From NCBI GenBank assembly GCA_965246885.1, contig OZ251992.1, positions 1,056,001-1,120,000 of the forward strand: 64,000 nucleotides of DNA, given 5' to 3'. The DNA comes from Abditibacterium sp. (GTDB taxonomy: Bacteria > Armatimonadota > Abditibacteriia > Abditibacteriales > Abditibacteriaceae). Under the pieces are notes generated by a model. That model was not told the DNA's origin. It ran no database searches and saw only the letters and a list, made by a program, of their open reading frames with translations. A program made the position numbers and the translations under genes. Every line of letters starts with the position of its first letter. The stretch's first letter is position 1. Positions 10,357 through 20,005 of this stretch are shown here, in pieces.

Positions 10357-10375
10357 TGGGCGGTGGAGGTCAGGA

Positions 10376-10405
10376 AGAAGCGGCTTTCGGTCGCTTCTCT
10401 TTTCT
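10376..10405 (+). terminator. Intrinsic terminator after prfB
   Basis: GAAGCGGC-TTTCG-GTCGCTTC followed by a T-rich tract. Confidence 0.6.
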
Positions 10406-10449
10406 CTCTGACTGCTAACCCCGCTCCTTTTGCTTTACTACTCCTTTGC

Positions 10450-10959
10450 ATGGATGCCCGTGAATTTCTCGATTTCGGTTTAAAAATCAACGAGGACGAC
10501 GAATTTCGTCTTGACTTTCTCAAGCCGCTACTCGAAAAACAACCCGAATCTCCCGCGCGTGACGCTTTGATGCGCGCCTTCAAGCGCCGCAAATCGCGGC
10601 GCACTCATTACATCGCCGTTGCCGACGCCGATTCGCTCCTTGCACTGTGCAAAAAGTGGAATTCGCTTGGCGCGGCCCAAGGCGCCGCCGAAAAGCGGCG
10701 CGAGGTCTACGAGGAGTATCTCTGCGGCGAGGCCGACATCGAGGAGGTGCGCGCCATCGGCCCCAAAATCGAGCCGTTCGACGCCGAACTGCGCGCATGG
10801 AGTGGCCACAAAGAGGACAACCTCCGGGCCATCCGCGTCCTGCTCATCATTCAGGACATGACGCGCCAATTGTGTGAGAAGGACTCGCTCGGCCAAAAGC
10901 GCCCGCAACGCGACTGGCGCCTCACGCCCACCCTCATCACGCACTGGGATTTGGACTAA
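10450..10959 (+). CDS. Hypothetical protein
   Basis: ATG 10450 downstream of the terminator; host-like codon usage; ends 9 nt before bioD. Confidence 0.65.
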   Translation: MDAREFLDFGLKINEDDEFRLDFLKPLLEKQPESPARDALMRAFKRRKSRRTHYIAVADADSLLALCKKWNSLGAAQGAAEKRREVYEEYLCGEADIEEVRAIGPKIEPFDAELRAWSGHKEDNLRAIRVLLIIQDMTRQLCEKDSLGQKRPQRDWRLTPTLITHWDLD

Positions 10960-10968
10960 CCGCCGCCG

Positions 10969-11712
10969 ATGCCCGCGCTGTTTATTTCCGGCACCGATAC
11001 AGGTGTGGGGAAGAGCGTCGTCACAGCCCAATTGACCCGCGCGATGCGGCAAATGGGCGCCGATTGCGTGGCGATGAAACCGCTCGCGTCGGGTTGCACG
11101 CTGTCCGATGGCGCGCTGCAAAGCGAGGACGCCGACCTGTTGCAAGCCGTTGGCGGCTTCAGTTTGCCCCCGGAACTGGTCTGCCCCATCCGTTTGGAAC
11201 TCCCGCTTGCCCCGCTTGTGGCCGCCGAACTTGAGGGCACGGACACGCGCGCCTTTCCCGCTTTGGTTCTTGCCGCTTACGAGGAATTGCGCCGCCGTCA
11301 TGAGTGGGTGATTGTCGAGGGCGTGGGCGGGTGGTGCGTTCCGTTGTGGCGGCGGGGCGATGGCACGATTGCGGAGTGCGCTGATTTGGTCGCGCTCCTC
11401 GGCGCCCCGGTTGTGGTTGTCGCGCGCCGCACGCTGGGAACCGTTAACCATACAACGTTGACCTGCCGCGCGGTGCGAGGAAGCGCGGAACTATTGGGCG
11501 TCGTCTTTTGCGATGCGGCGCCGGTGGAAACCGAAGATGTGGCGGCGGCGACTTCGCCCGCGATGGCGTGCGAGTTGGCGGGGGTGCGGGCGTTGGGATT
11601 TGTGCCCTACGCGCCGGAGTCGGGGGAGTTGGCAGGGTTCGCGACGCTGGCGGGGGAGTTGTTGCAAAAGAGCCAACAAAAAGCGCCCGCGATTAAATCG
11701 CGGGCGCCCTAA
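10969..11712 (+). CDS. bioD: Dethiobiotin synthase
   Basis: 'FISGTDTGVGKS', 'MKPLASG', 'VEGVGG', 'LGTVNHT'. Confidence 0.93.
   Translation: MPALFISGTDTGVGKSVVTAQLTRAMRQMGADCVAMKPLASGCTLSDGALQSEDADLLQAVGGFSLPPELVCPIRLELPLAPLVAAELEGTDTRAFPALVLAAYEELRRRHEWVIVEGVGGWCVPLWRRGDGTIAECADLVALLGAPVVVVARRTLGTVNHTTLTCRAVRGSAELLGVVFCDAAPVETEDVAAATSPAMACELAGVRALGFVPYAPESGELAGFATLAGELLQKSQQKAPAIKSRAP
11683..11707. repeat. Palindrome at the convergent bioD/rpoZ junction
   Basis: GCGCCCGCGATTAAATCGCGGGCGC; loop similar to the REP family hairpins; may also act as a terminator. Confidence 0.55.
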
Positions 11713-11726
11713 CTCTTGACCGTCAG

Positions 11727-12029
11727 TTACGACGACGCGACGTCGTCGCTGAGGCCGAGCACTTCGTCAAGGGCGTTTTCGGCGGCGAGTTCGTGGTCGG
11801 CGGCGGTCTTGCGCTTGGCTTCGCCCGGATCGGCGGACACGCGGAAGGTGATTTTGCCGTTCACGATCTCGTCAATGGCGACGGAAAGGGGGTTGGGCGT
11901 TTTGACTTCGACGAGCGGGATGGACTCGCCCGATTGCAATTGGCGCGCGCGTTCGGCGATGGCGCGGGCGAGGGTATATTTGCCGCCGGGAACGCGGCGC
12001 TTGAGTTCGGTCAGGTTGTCTTGAGGCAT
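11727..12029 (-). CDS. rpoZ: RNA polymerase omega subunit
   Basis: 'KYTLARAIAERARQL...NPLSVAIDEIVNGKI'; 100 aa from ATG 12029. Confidence 0.88.
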   Translation of the reverse strand: MPQDNLTELKRRVPGGKYTLARAIAERARQLQSGESIPLVEVKTPNPLSVAIDEIVNGKITFRVSADPGEAKRKTAADHELAAENALDEVLGLSDDVASS

Positions 12030-12170
12030 AACGGGCGCTTCGCTGGCAGGCCAGCGAAGGGCGAAAGTATAAAGCAACTGGCCCACCAAGGCGAAGACCC
12101 GGCAGCCACAACTTGACGCGGCGCAAACGGGAAGCGTGCGGGAGTTTCGGGCGTCTTGGAGCGGCTCCTT

Positions 12171-13427
12171 ATGGCCACTTCCGACCTCACCCTCTTGGCG
12201 CAACCCGCAGTCCGGGCGCTGATTGCGCAGGGCGCGCGCGACGGGCGCGTCTCCTTCGCGCAGATAAACGACCTGCTCGTCGACCTCGAACTCGACGAAG
12301 ACGCCGTCGAACTGCTCTACGAAACCCTCGAAAAGCGCGCCATCGCCGTCGTGGACGAAGACTACGTTCCGCCCGCGCCCAAAGCTAAGACCGCCAAAGC
12401 CCCCAAACCCGCCAAAAAGCAAAGCGCGCACTCCGACTTAGACGCCATCCTCGCCGACCTCGAAGAAATCAAGGGGATAGACGACGACGTAAGCTCCGTC
12501 GCCGATTTTCTGGCCGACACGGTTGCTGACGAGGAGGAGGAAGAATACGTCGGCGAAGACCTCGACGACGCGCAAAAGCCCGTTGACGACGCCCTCAAAA
12601 TCTACCTCAACCGCATGGGCCAAATCCCGCGCCTTTCCCCCGACGAGGAGCGCGAACTGGCGCTGGAAGCGCGCTCGCCGGACGCCGAAGCTGCGCGCGA
12701 AGCGAAGAACCGGCTGGTCGAGGCGAACCTGCGCTTGGTCGTGCATCTGGCGCGCTCCGCCGCGACGCGCACCACGCTGTCCATCACCGACCTGCTGCAA
12801 GAGGGCAATCTGGGCTTGCTCGATGCCGTCGAACGCTACCGCGCCGAATCGAACAAGACCTTCGGCGCCTACGCGACGTGGTGGGTGCGCCGCGCCATGA
12901 ACCGCGCCATCAACGACCACACCCGCGTCCTGCGCTTGTCGGGCGAACTGTATGCCGCCATCCAGAAGATGCAACTGGCGCAGCGCAGCCTCACCCAAAC
13001 CTTGGGCCGCGCGCCGTCGCGCGCCGAAATCGCCGCCGCAACGGGGCTGTCCGTCGAGCAGATCGAGGAAGCGCAGCGCGCCGCGTCGCAGCCCTTGTCG
13101 CTGGACAAGCCCACCGGAAGCGAAGAAGGCACGACCGAGTTCGGCGAGACCTTGGAAGGCGACGAAGAAGCGACCGAAGCGCGCTCCGAGCGCCTCGAAA
13201 CGGGCCGCGCCATGACCGCGCTCCTGCAAAACCTGCCCGACCGCGACCGCGCCGTCCTGAGCCTACGCTTTGGCTTGGGCGATTATGAAGCCGACGGCCC
13301 GCAAACCGTAGACGACGTGGCCGCCCGCCTCCAACTGTCGCGCGAACGAGTCCACGACATCGAAGTCCGCGCGCTCCGCAAGTTGCGGAAACGCGCGCGG
13401 GCGGCGGAGGAGGATGAAGACTCGTAG
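12171..13427 (+). CDS. RpoD-like sigma-70 factor with region 1.1 (divergent paralog)
   Basis: 'NLRLVV', 'DLLQEGNLGL', 'YATWW', 'LRFGL', 'SRERV..IE..ALRKLR'. Confidence 0.88.
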   Translation: MATSDLTLLAQPAVRALIAQGARDGRVSFAQINDLLVDLELDEDAVELLYETLEKRAIAVVDEDYVPPAPKAKTAKAPKPAKKQSAHSDLDAILADLEEIKGIDDDVSSVADFLADTVADEEEEEYVGEDLDDAQKPVDDALKIYLNRMGQIPRLSPDEERELALEARSPDAEAAREAKNRLVEANLRLVVHLARSAATRTTLSITDLLQEGNLGLLDAVERYRAESNKTFGAYATWWVRRAMNRAINDHTRVLRLSGELYAAIQKMQLAQRSLTQTLGRAPSRAEIAAATGLSVEQIEEAQRAASQPLSLDKPTGSEEGTTEFGETLEGDEEATEARSERLETGRAMTALLQNLPDRDRAVLSLRFGLGDYEADGPQTVDDVAARLQLSRERVHDIEVRALRKLRKRARAAEEDEDS

Positions 13428-13492
13428 GGACGCTGCTTGCCGCGTCCTCGCCCGTTACAATCTGGCAAGGACGCGGCAAGCAGCGTCTCTAC
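13424..13492. repeat. GTAG-type REP doublet (REPIN-like)
   Basis: GTAGGGACGCTGCTTGCCGCGTCC...GGACGCGGCAAGCAGCGTCTCTAC. Confidence 0.85.
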
Positions 13493-13511
13493 GAAGCGCC
13501 GAACACACGCC

Positions 13512-13958
13512 ATGATCTCCCTTCTCACTTTCATTCGCACCGGACGCTTGGGCGCCATCGGCCTCGGCTCCACGCGCACCGAAGTTGAAGCCGCGTTTGG
13601 CCCCGCGCCCGATTGGGATGCGGCGAGCCAGCGCGAGTCGGCGCAGATTTGGAAATACGGCGCGATGGAAATTTACTTTGACGCCGACCGCGTGTGGATG
13701 ATTTTTACCGACGACCTGCGCGCGCCCCTACACATGGGCGCGCTTGCGTTTGAGGCGAATGGCATCAACGGAAGAATCAGCGCGACGGACGGGGAAGATT
13801 GGTTGCGAAGCAACGGCGTCGCCTTCGAACGCGAATCTTGGCCTTGGTGTGAGGAAGGTGTGCGCTTGGCGACGGGTTCCGGCGTCACGCTGACTTTTGG
13901 CGCAGACGCAAAGGGCGAGCCGTCGCTACTCCTCACGTTTTCTATAGTTCGCCGTTAA
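13512..13958 (+). CDS. Hypothetical protein
   Basis: ATG 13512; 'G-LGAIGLGSTRTEVEAAFG-PD' resembles small alpha/beta immunity-like domains. Confidence 0.65.
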   Translation: MISLLTFIRTGRLGAIGLGSTRTEVEAAFGPAPDWDAASQRESAQIWKYGAMEIYFDADRVWMIFTDDLRAPLHMGALAFEANGINGRISATDGEDWLRSNGVAFERESWPWCEEGVRLATGSGVTLTFGADAKGEPSLLLTFSIVRR

Positions 13959-13975
13959 ACTGCCCGCCCCGTCGC

Positions 13976-14048
13976 GCGCTCGTAGCTCAACGGTTAGAGC
14001 AGGGCACTCATAATGCCTTGGTTAGGGGTTCGATTCCCTTCGAGCGCA
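13976..14048 (+). tRNA. tRNA with CAT anticodon, probably tRNA-Ile2 (lysidine); elongator Met not excluded; CCA not encoded
   Basis: Acceptor GCGCTCG/CGAGCGC, D arm GCTC/GAGC, anticodon loop CTCATAA, T loop TTCGATT; G1-C72 is paired, so not an initiator; C4-G69 present. Confidence 0.9.
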
Positions 14049-14122
14049 ACTGGTCGGCTTCACCGTGTGAGGCCGACCTCGCGTTTTCTGGTGGCGCGCC
14101 ATTGGCGCCGTTCGCTCTTTCC

Positions 14123-14611
14123 ATGACTAACCTTCCTCTTGATGCGGGCGTTCGCGTTGGCCACGTTCACCTTAAAGTCGCCGACCTCCAGCGCGCCCTC
14201 GACTTCTACTGCGGGGTTCTCGGCTTTGAGTTGACGCAGCGCTTCGGCGCGCAGGCCGCTTTCGTTTCGGCGGGCGGCTATCACCATCACATCGGCCTCA
14301 ATACGTGGGAAAGCGCGGGCGGCTCGCCTCCGCCGCCGGGAACAACCGGGCTGTATCATGTGGCAATTCTCTATCCCACGCGCGCCGCGCTTGCCGATGG
14401 GCTTCGCCGCCTGATGAAAGCGGGCATTTCCCTTGATGGCGCGGCTGATCACGGCGTCAGCGAGGCGCTGTACCTGCGCGACCCCGACCAAAACGGCGTT
14501 GAATTGTATTGGGATCGCCCGCGCGAAGAGTGGCCGCACGCGGCGGATGGCGCATTGGCAATGTACACGCGGCGCTTGGATTTGCAAGCGTTGTTGCGAA
14601 CTGGGCAGTAG
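14123..14611 (+). CDS. VOC / glyoxalase family protein (CatE-like)
   Basis: 'GHVHLKVADL', 'AGGYHHHIGLNTW', 'DHGVSEALYLRDPDQNGVELY'. Confidence 0.9.
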   Translation: MTNLPLDAGVRVGHVHLKVADLQRALDFYCGVLGFELTQRFGAQAAFVSAGGYHHHIGLNTWESAGGSPPPPGTTGLYHVAILYPTRAALADGLRRLMKAGISLDGAADHGVSEALYLRDPDQNGVELYWDRPREEWPHAADGALAMYTRRLDLQALLRTGQ

Positions 14612-14623
14612 CGCGGCGGGCGC

Positions 14624-15472
14624 TTACGGGTGGGCGGAGGCTTTCCATTGGCGGACGGACTGGCCGCGTAGTTGGCGAAAGCGGCGCGAGAGGTGGGCTT
14701 CGTCGCGCCAGCCCAAGGAGCGCGCGATTTGGGCTTGAGTCATGGTGCTTTGGGCAAGAAGTATTTCGGCGGCAACAAGGCGCTTTTCGTCACGGTAGCG
14801 GGCGGGCGAAAGGCCCACGTGGGCCGTCCATGCGCGGCGGAAGGCGCTGTAGCTCATCTGGGCGGCGCTCGCGGCTTCGCGTCCGCCGAGGTTTTGATCC
14901 AAGTTGGAGTCCAGCAAAGACCGCGCGCGCCCCATCCACGCGGGTTCGTGGGTTATGGCGTCGCGCGGCGGGAATAGTTCGGCCAGAATCGCCAACAGTT
15001 CGCGCAGTTGGGCGCCGTTCTGCGCGGCGTTGGCGGGGCGCGGCGCTTCGCACAGGGCGAGGAGCCGCGCGAACATAGCGCGCGGGTCGGGCGCGGCGCG
15101 CACGAGGTCGGTGTCGTCGAGCAACCCCTCGCGCCGCCACAGTTCAAAGAGCGGCCCATCGAAGCACAGATACAGTTCGTCCCACACCCCGCCGCGCGCT
15201 GCGGATGGGCGCGGCCCGTAAGCGTGCGGCAGTTCAGGCAGCACCAAAATCGCGTCGCCCGCCCCGACTTCGCGCTTGGCGCCGCGCGCGTCGGCGTAAA
15301 AGCCGCGCCCATGCATCATCAAGACGACGGCGAAGCGCCCATAGACACGCATTGGGTGTGGCCCGACGCCGATGCTGTGGCTGCCCGTGCCCGCGAGCGT
15401 CAGTCGCCCACCCGCGCGCGGCGTTTCATCGGCGAAGAAGGTGCGGCTTGTTTGGATGAGGCCATCGGGCAT
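14624..15472 (-). CDS. AraC family transcriptional regulator
   Basis: N-terminal cupin-like ligand domain; C-terminal double HTH 'IARSLGWRDEAHLSRRFRQ'. Confidence 0.85.
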   Translation of the reverse strand: MPDGLIQTSRTFFADETPRAGGRLTLAGTGSHSIGVGPHPMRVYGRFAVVLMMHGRGFYADARGAKREVGAGDAILVLPELPHAYGPRPSAARGGVWDELYLCFDGPLFELWRREGLLDDTDLVRAAPDPRAMFARLLALCEAPRPANAAQNGAQLRELLAILAELFPPRDAITHEPAWMGRARSLLDSNLDQNLGGREAASAAQMSYSAFRRAWTAHVGLSPARYRDEKRLVAAEILLAQSTMTQAQIARSLGWRDEAHLSRRFRQLRGQSVRQWKASAHP

Positions 15473-15556
15473 GGCGGCAGTTTGAGCAGATTCGCCAACT
15501 CCTCGCGCACTTTCGCCCTTGGCGAAGCGGCGCGGATTGGCGTCACTGAAAGGGAC

Positions 15557-16495
15557 ATGATTTCGACCACCACCGAGCGCCCCTCTTCCTTGACCGCGAG
15601 CGGCGAAGCCTTGGATACCTCTCCCGACTGCTTTGGCGAACTGCTCGACTCAAGCGACGCCATCTTCGACGCGGCCCTCGCCAACGAGCGCATGGCGCGC
15701 GACGGCTACCTTTACTTGCCGGGGCTACTCAACCGCGACGACGTTCTCGCCGCGCGACGCGCCATCGCCGGAAAGTTGCAAGTATCGGGGCATCTGCTTT
15801 CGGCAACCGACCCGATGGATTGCCTCGCGGTGCCAGACCGCGAGCCGGGGTTCATTCCCGAAGTCGCCATGCAAACGCCGGAACTTTTGTCGGTGATTTA
15901 CGGGGACGCGATGATGGGATTCTGGGATCGCTTCTTCGGCGAACCCGCGCGCCACTTCGACTTCACTTGGTTTCGCGCCGTCACGCCAGGGCGCGCCACA
16001 CCACCGCACACCGACGCGGTTTATATGAATCGCGGCTCGCAAAGCCTAATCACTTGCTGGACGCCCATCGGAGATGCGCCGCTTCCAATGGGGCCGCTCA
16101 TGGTTCTCGAAGGTTCCCACAAGCACGACAAGTTGCGCGCGAACTACTCCAGCAAAGACGTGGACGCCATTTGCACCAACCTGCGCCCCAACCTCAAAAC
16201 CGGGCGCAAAAACACGCTCCGGTCGGGGCACTTCGGGTTGTTGTCGCCCAACGCGGTGAAACTGCGCGAAGCCCTCGGCGGGCGCTGGCTGACGGCGAAC
16301 TTCCGCGCGGGCGACGTGCTGGCCTTTTCGATTTTCACTGTTCACTGCTCGCTCGACAACCACACCGACCGCATCCGCCTGTCGAGCGATTCGCGCTATC
16401 AACCGGCCTCGCACGCGGTGGATGAGCGGTGGATTCGCATCAATGGCGAGATCGCCGCGCATGGCCCGAACGCGAAGCGGAAAATGATTTGTTGA
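15557..16495 (+). CDS. Phytanoyl-CoA dioxygenase (PhyH) family Fe(II)/2OG enzyme
   Basis: 'DGYLYLPG', 'PHTD', 'WTPIGD', 'GSH', 'H-SLDN...RLSSDSRY'. Confidence 0.88.
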   Translation: MISTTTERPSSLTASGEALDTSPDCFGELLDSSDAIFDAALANERMARDGYLYLPGLLNRDDVLAARRAIAGKLQVSGHLLSATDPMDCLAVPDREPGFIPEVAMQTPELLSVIYGDAMMGFWDRFFGEPARHFDFTWFRAVTPGRATPPHTDAVYMNRGSQSLITCWTPIGDAPLPMGPLMVLEGSHKHDKLRANYSSKDVDAICTNLRPNLKTGRKNTLRSGHFGLLSPNAVKLREALGGRWLTANFRAGDVLAFSIFTVHCSLDNHTDRIRLSSDSRYQPASHAVDERWIRINGEIAAHGPNAKRKMIC

Positions 16496-16496
16496 G

Positions 16497-17525
16497 GTGC
16501 CCGAACCGCTTGCGCTCGGTTTGCGGGAAAATGAAAGGGTGATTCCCTCGACCGAGCGCGCCGCCTGTCCCGTTTGCGATGCCCGCGACGCGCGCCCCTT
16601 GCAAATCCTGCGCGACCGCTTGTGGAGCCGCCCCGGAACGTTCGTCATGGCGCGGTGTCGCGCGTGTTCGCACGGATTTCTGCTCGTGCGCCCGACGCGC
16701 GAGGGGATGGGCGCGTATTATGAGGGGTTGTATGACGCGGGCGGGTTGCGGTTGGAGGAGCAGTTGCAGCGTAGCCCGTTGGCGCGCGCGCTCAACTGGC
16801 GGCGCTTGCGAGCGCTATCGGCGCGGCGCCGCTCCCCATCGGGCGCGCGTCACTTGGATGTTGGGTGTGGGGTGTCGGCGCTGTTAGCGCAACTGGCGCG
16901 GCGGGGGCGGAGCGCCGTCGGGTTAGATTTTGACGAGGCGGCGTGCGCCTCGCAGCGCTTCTTTTGCCAAGGGCAGGAGGTGCAACTGTGGCGCGGCACG
17001 TTGGATGAGGCGTTCGACGCGGCGGGGGAGCGGGTGGATTTCGAGCGCGAGCGGTTCGCATCGGCGTCGCTGATTCACTACCTCGAACACACTTACTCGC
17101 CTGTCGAAGATTTGCGGCGCGTGGCGGGGCTACTCGAAGCGGGCGGGGCGGTCGTGATCGAGGTGCCCGCCCTCGAAGCGTTCAACCGCCGCCTCTTCCG
17201 CCCCTTTTGGCTGCCATATCTGCCACCGCAACACCTATCGCTGTGGACGCGGGCGAGCTTGCGGCGCGCGCTCGAAGAAGCAGGGTTTGAAGGCGTGCGG
17301 ATTCGCGGGGCGAGCGCGCCGTTTGTGGCGTTCTCCTCGTTTCTGATCTGGTGGACGTGGAGCTTTGGACGCAAGTCGCGCGTCCCTAAAGCGGCGCAGC
17401 CGCTTTTACTGCCACTCGCAATTTTCCTTGGCGCGGCGGTGCTGGCGGGCGACTTGGCGGGGTTTTGGTGGCTGGCGAAGACGGGCCGCGCCGACCATCT
17501 CCGCGCGACGGCGGTAAAGAAGTAG
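16497..17525 (+). CDS. Class I SAM-dependent methyltransferase with N-terminal CxxC pair
   Basis: CPVC/CRAC, 'LDVGCG', 'HYLEH', 'PQHL'. Confidence 0.8.
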   Translation: MPEPLALGLRENERVIPSTERAACPVCDARDARPLQILRDRLWSRPGTFVMARCRACSHGFLLVRPTREGMGAYYEGLYDAGGLRLEEQLQRSPLARALNWRRLRALSARRRSPSGARHLDVGCGVSALLAQLARRGRSAVGLDFDEAACASQRFFCQGQEVQLWRGTLDEAFDAAGERVDFERERFASASLIHYLEHTYSPVEDLRRVAGLLEAGGAVVIEVPALEAFNRRLFRPFWLPYLPPQHLSLWTRASLRRALEEAGFEGVRIRGASAPFVAFSSFLIWWTWSFGRKSRVPKAAQPLLLPLAIFLGAAVLAGDLAGFWWLAKTGRADHLRATAVKK

Positions 17526-17637
17526 GCAAGTGACTGAAGTGGCAGCCAGCAGGATTGTCGGCCTTCGCCGACAGGCTGACCGCACCACTTCGTCAACGAA
17601 GGTTGACGTTTTCGCTGGCTGCGACTTCGTCGCTTGC
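17526..17637. repeat. REP-like element, GCGACTGAAGTCGC family (decayed copy)
   Basis: Inverted arms GCAAGTGACTGAAGTGGCAGCCAGC / GCTGGCTGCGACTTCGTCGCTTGC; internal hairpins shared with the 58998 copy. Confidence 0.8.
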
Positions 17638-17640
17638 AGC

Positions 17641-18627
17641 TTACAACTCCAACTCCATCCCCTCGCGCGCGAGCAAGACCTCAACGGCGTTCGGCAAGCA
17701 CGGCGCGGGCGGGCGAGCGGCGTATTCACGGGAAATGCGCAGGAGGTGTTCCAAGCGGGCGTCGGTGGCGGAAGGGTCGTGGTGGAACATGGCCAAGCGT
17801 TTGGCCCCGGCGCGGGCAGCCAGTTCGACGCCCACGATGGCGCTGGAATGGCCCCACGCGCGCTTTTCCATGCTTTCGGCAAGCGAGAACTGCGCGTCGA
17901 AGACGACCAAATCGGCGCCTTGAAAGAAGTCCACAAACTTCTGCGCCGGGTCGTGGGCAACGTCGCCGCCCGGAGCGGGGTAGGCGCCGTCGCTGGCATA
18001 CACAAAGACCTTCCCGCCCACTTCCAAGCGGAAGCCGTACGAGAATGAGGGATGTTCCAGTTCGAGCGTGGACATGCGCGCGCCGCCGCCCAGTTCGACC
18101 GGTTCTGCGTCCAGATAGTGAAAACGGGTGTGGGCGCTCATATCGTTCCACGCTTCGGGCGGAAAAAAGGGTGCGCTCATCTGGTCGCGGAGCCGCTCCC
18201 ACGCGCACTCGTGGCGCGCATACAAATCAAAGCGGTTGCCCCCGACGTAAGCGGGCTTGAAGAACGGCCAACCTTGGATGTGATCCCAGTGCAAGTGCGA
18301 CAAGAACAAATGAGCGTGCCCTTGCCCGCGCCCAAGTTCCGTGTTCATCAGGGCATCTCCCAACGGGCGCAGGCCACTGCCCAAGTCGAAGATGAAGCGT
18401 GCGGCACCCGCTTGCACTTCAACGCAGGGCGTGTTGCCGCCCACGAACGAGCGCAGGGTACGCGGTAAGTTTTCGACCCAAGCGGTGATGGCGGCGGGGT
18501 CGCGCAGGTCGAGGTGCGCGTCGTCTTGGCCCAGCCGGAAGAGGGTTTCGGCCAGACGCGCGGCGATTTCGTCGCCCGTTGGCGGCGACGGCAAGCTGCC
18601 CCGCACTCCCCAGAATTTGACGCGCAT
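17641..18627 (-). CDS. MBL-fold metallo-hydrolase
   Basis: 'FWGVRGS', 'GGNTPC', 'SHLHWDHIQG', 'WGHS', 'FHHDP'. Confidence 0.9.
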   Translation of the reverse strand: MRVKFWGVRGSLPSPPTGDEIAARLAETLFRLGQDDAHLDLRDPAAITAWVENLPRTLRSFVGGNTPCVEVQAGAARFIFDLGSGLRPLGDALMNTELGRGQGHAHLFLSHLHWDHIQGWPFFKPAYVGGNRFDLYARHECAWERLRDQMSAPFFPPEAWNDMSAHTRFHYLDAEPVELGGGARMSTLELEHPSFSYGFRLEVGGKVFVYASDGAYPAPGGDVAHDPAQKFVDFFQGADLVVFDAQFSLAESMEKRAWGHSSAIVGVELAARAGAKRLAMFHHDPSATDARLEHLLRISREYAARPPAPCLPNAVEVLLAREGMELEL

Positions 18628-18807
18628 TCGTTGAAAGGCCCGACCTCGTGTTTCTCGCGCCAGTTGCTCTGGCGCGGAGTGAGGGGAAGTAAGGCACTTT
18701 TTTCGCCTTCTCCTGCCATTGGCAAGCGGGCCGCGCCGATAATTTTATCGCTCCCCTTCCCAACATGCGCCTTCCCCCGGTCGGGCGAACCGGGTAAATT
18801 CTCTTTC

Positions 18808-19101
18808 ATGGAAATGCTTTATGGCGGCGTGGGCGCGATGGCGATTGGTTGGTTCGCGGCGCGCAAGTGGTTCAAGCTAACTGACGTCGGCACCATCATC
18901 GTGATGACCATTGCGGGCGGCGGCTCGCTCTTGTCGGGTTTGCTTTACCTCTTTCTGGCCGACGTTAACATTGGCAACGATGGCTCCCTCATCTGGTTCT
19001 TGGTCGGCGCGGCAGGCGGCATCGCGGGCATCATCGTTTACTTTTTCGTTTCCTACGCGGACTGGGCGACCAACGAAGCCAAGAAGAACGGCTTGCTCTG
19101 A
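18808..19101 (+). CDS. Small membrane protein (about 3 TM)
   Basis: Hydrophobic Gly-rich helices from ATG 18808. Confidence 0.65.
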   Translation: MEMLYGGVGAMAIGWFAARKWFKLTDVGTIIVMTIAGGGSLLSGLLYLFLADVNIGNDGSLIWFLVGAAGGIAGIIVYFFVSYADWATNEAKKNGLL

Positions 19102-19105
19102 CAGC

Positions 19106-19230
19106 CGGAAAATTACCTAATTCCTCCGTCGGCGCGCATAAATCAACGCTTCGTTATGCGCGCCAACCATTCGCCCACGTAATTCTTCCGTCTACCCATG
19201 CGCGCCGACGGCGGAATTACGCGCGCCATT
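19106..19230. repeat. Degenerate 21-bp-family repeat cluster
   Basis: AATTACCTAATTCCTCCGTCGGCGCG, CACGTAATTCTTCCG and inverted CGCGCCGACGGCGGAATTA units resembling those inside ftsK. Confidence 0.6.
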
Positions 19231-19978
19231 AAAAGCGCGAGGTTTCTGCCTGCATCGCCCACGTCTCTCCGGGTGCCAATTGTACCGCTCCCTCGCCGAT
19301 TGCGCCCACTTCGAGACAGACGAAGCCGCGCCACTCGTCCGCGCCCAAATCTGCCAGTGTCGCCGCCCTTTCCGCGCCGGGGTTCCACGTCACCGCCGAC
19401 TTCCAATTGCCGCGCAGTTCATAACCCGTCGCGCCGTCGCGGATGGTAAGCGGCGACGGCGCGTCGAAATAGACCCTGTCCACCTCGCCCGGAAAGCGCA
19501 CCGAGCCGCTTTGCGTCTTGCGCGCGCCGCCTTCTGCCTTGCTGACGTAGGTTAGCCCGTCCAACCCCTCGATTTCCACGCGCGACACGTCGGACACCGC
19601 GAAGTAGGTATGCAGCGCGAACTCGAACGAGCGGGCTTCACTCGCTTGATTTTTAACTTGGACGCGCGCCCAAAGCGTGTCGCCGAACTCGTAGGCCAGC
19701 CGGATGTGCCAATCGTCGTGCCGCAAAGCGAGTATTGTTCCGCTCCTCCTCTGCAGTTCCACCTCCCACTCCGAAGTGCGCGCCCAGCCGTGTTGCGGGG
19801 CGGCGGGGTCAACCTTGATCGGCCCGAACCAAGGGAACACAACGGGGATGCCGCCGCGAATGGCCTTCCCACTCTCGAAATGCGAAGCGGACGAGAGATA
19901 CAGCCAGTCGCGGAAGCGCGTCAGATGCGCGCCTTGCAAGGCGATTTCGGCGTCGGGGAATTGGAGAGTGTCGAGCAT
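19229..19978 (-). CDS. D-hexose-6-phosphate mutarotase (aldose 1-epimerase family)
   Basis: 'AIRGGIPVVFPWFG', 'HGWAR', 'ALHTYF', 'WNPG', 'FVCLE'. Confidence 0.9.
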   Translation of the reverse strand: MLDTLQFPDAEIALQGAHLTRFRDWLYLSSASHFESGKAIRGGIPVVFPWFGPIKVDPAAPQHGWARTSEWEVELQRRSGTILALRHDDWHIRLAYEFGDTLWARVQVKNQASEARSFEFALHTYFAVSDVSRVEIEGLDGLTYVSKAEGGARKTQSGSVRFPGEVDRVYFDAPSPLTIRDGATGYELRGNWKSAVTWNPGAERAATLADLGADEWRGFVCLEVGAIGEGAVQLAPGETWAMQAETSRF

Positions 19979-20005
19979 GATTTGGATGAGCCGGAAGGCG
20001 CGGAT

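Noticed and set aside
13976..14700. tRNA-anchored genomic island
   Set aside because: No integrase and no duplicated tRNA 3' end found by eye; downstream genes have host-like composition.
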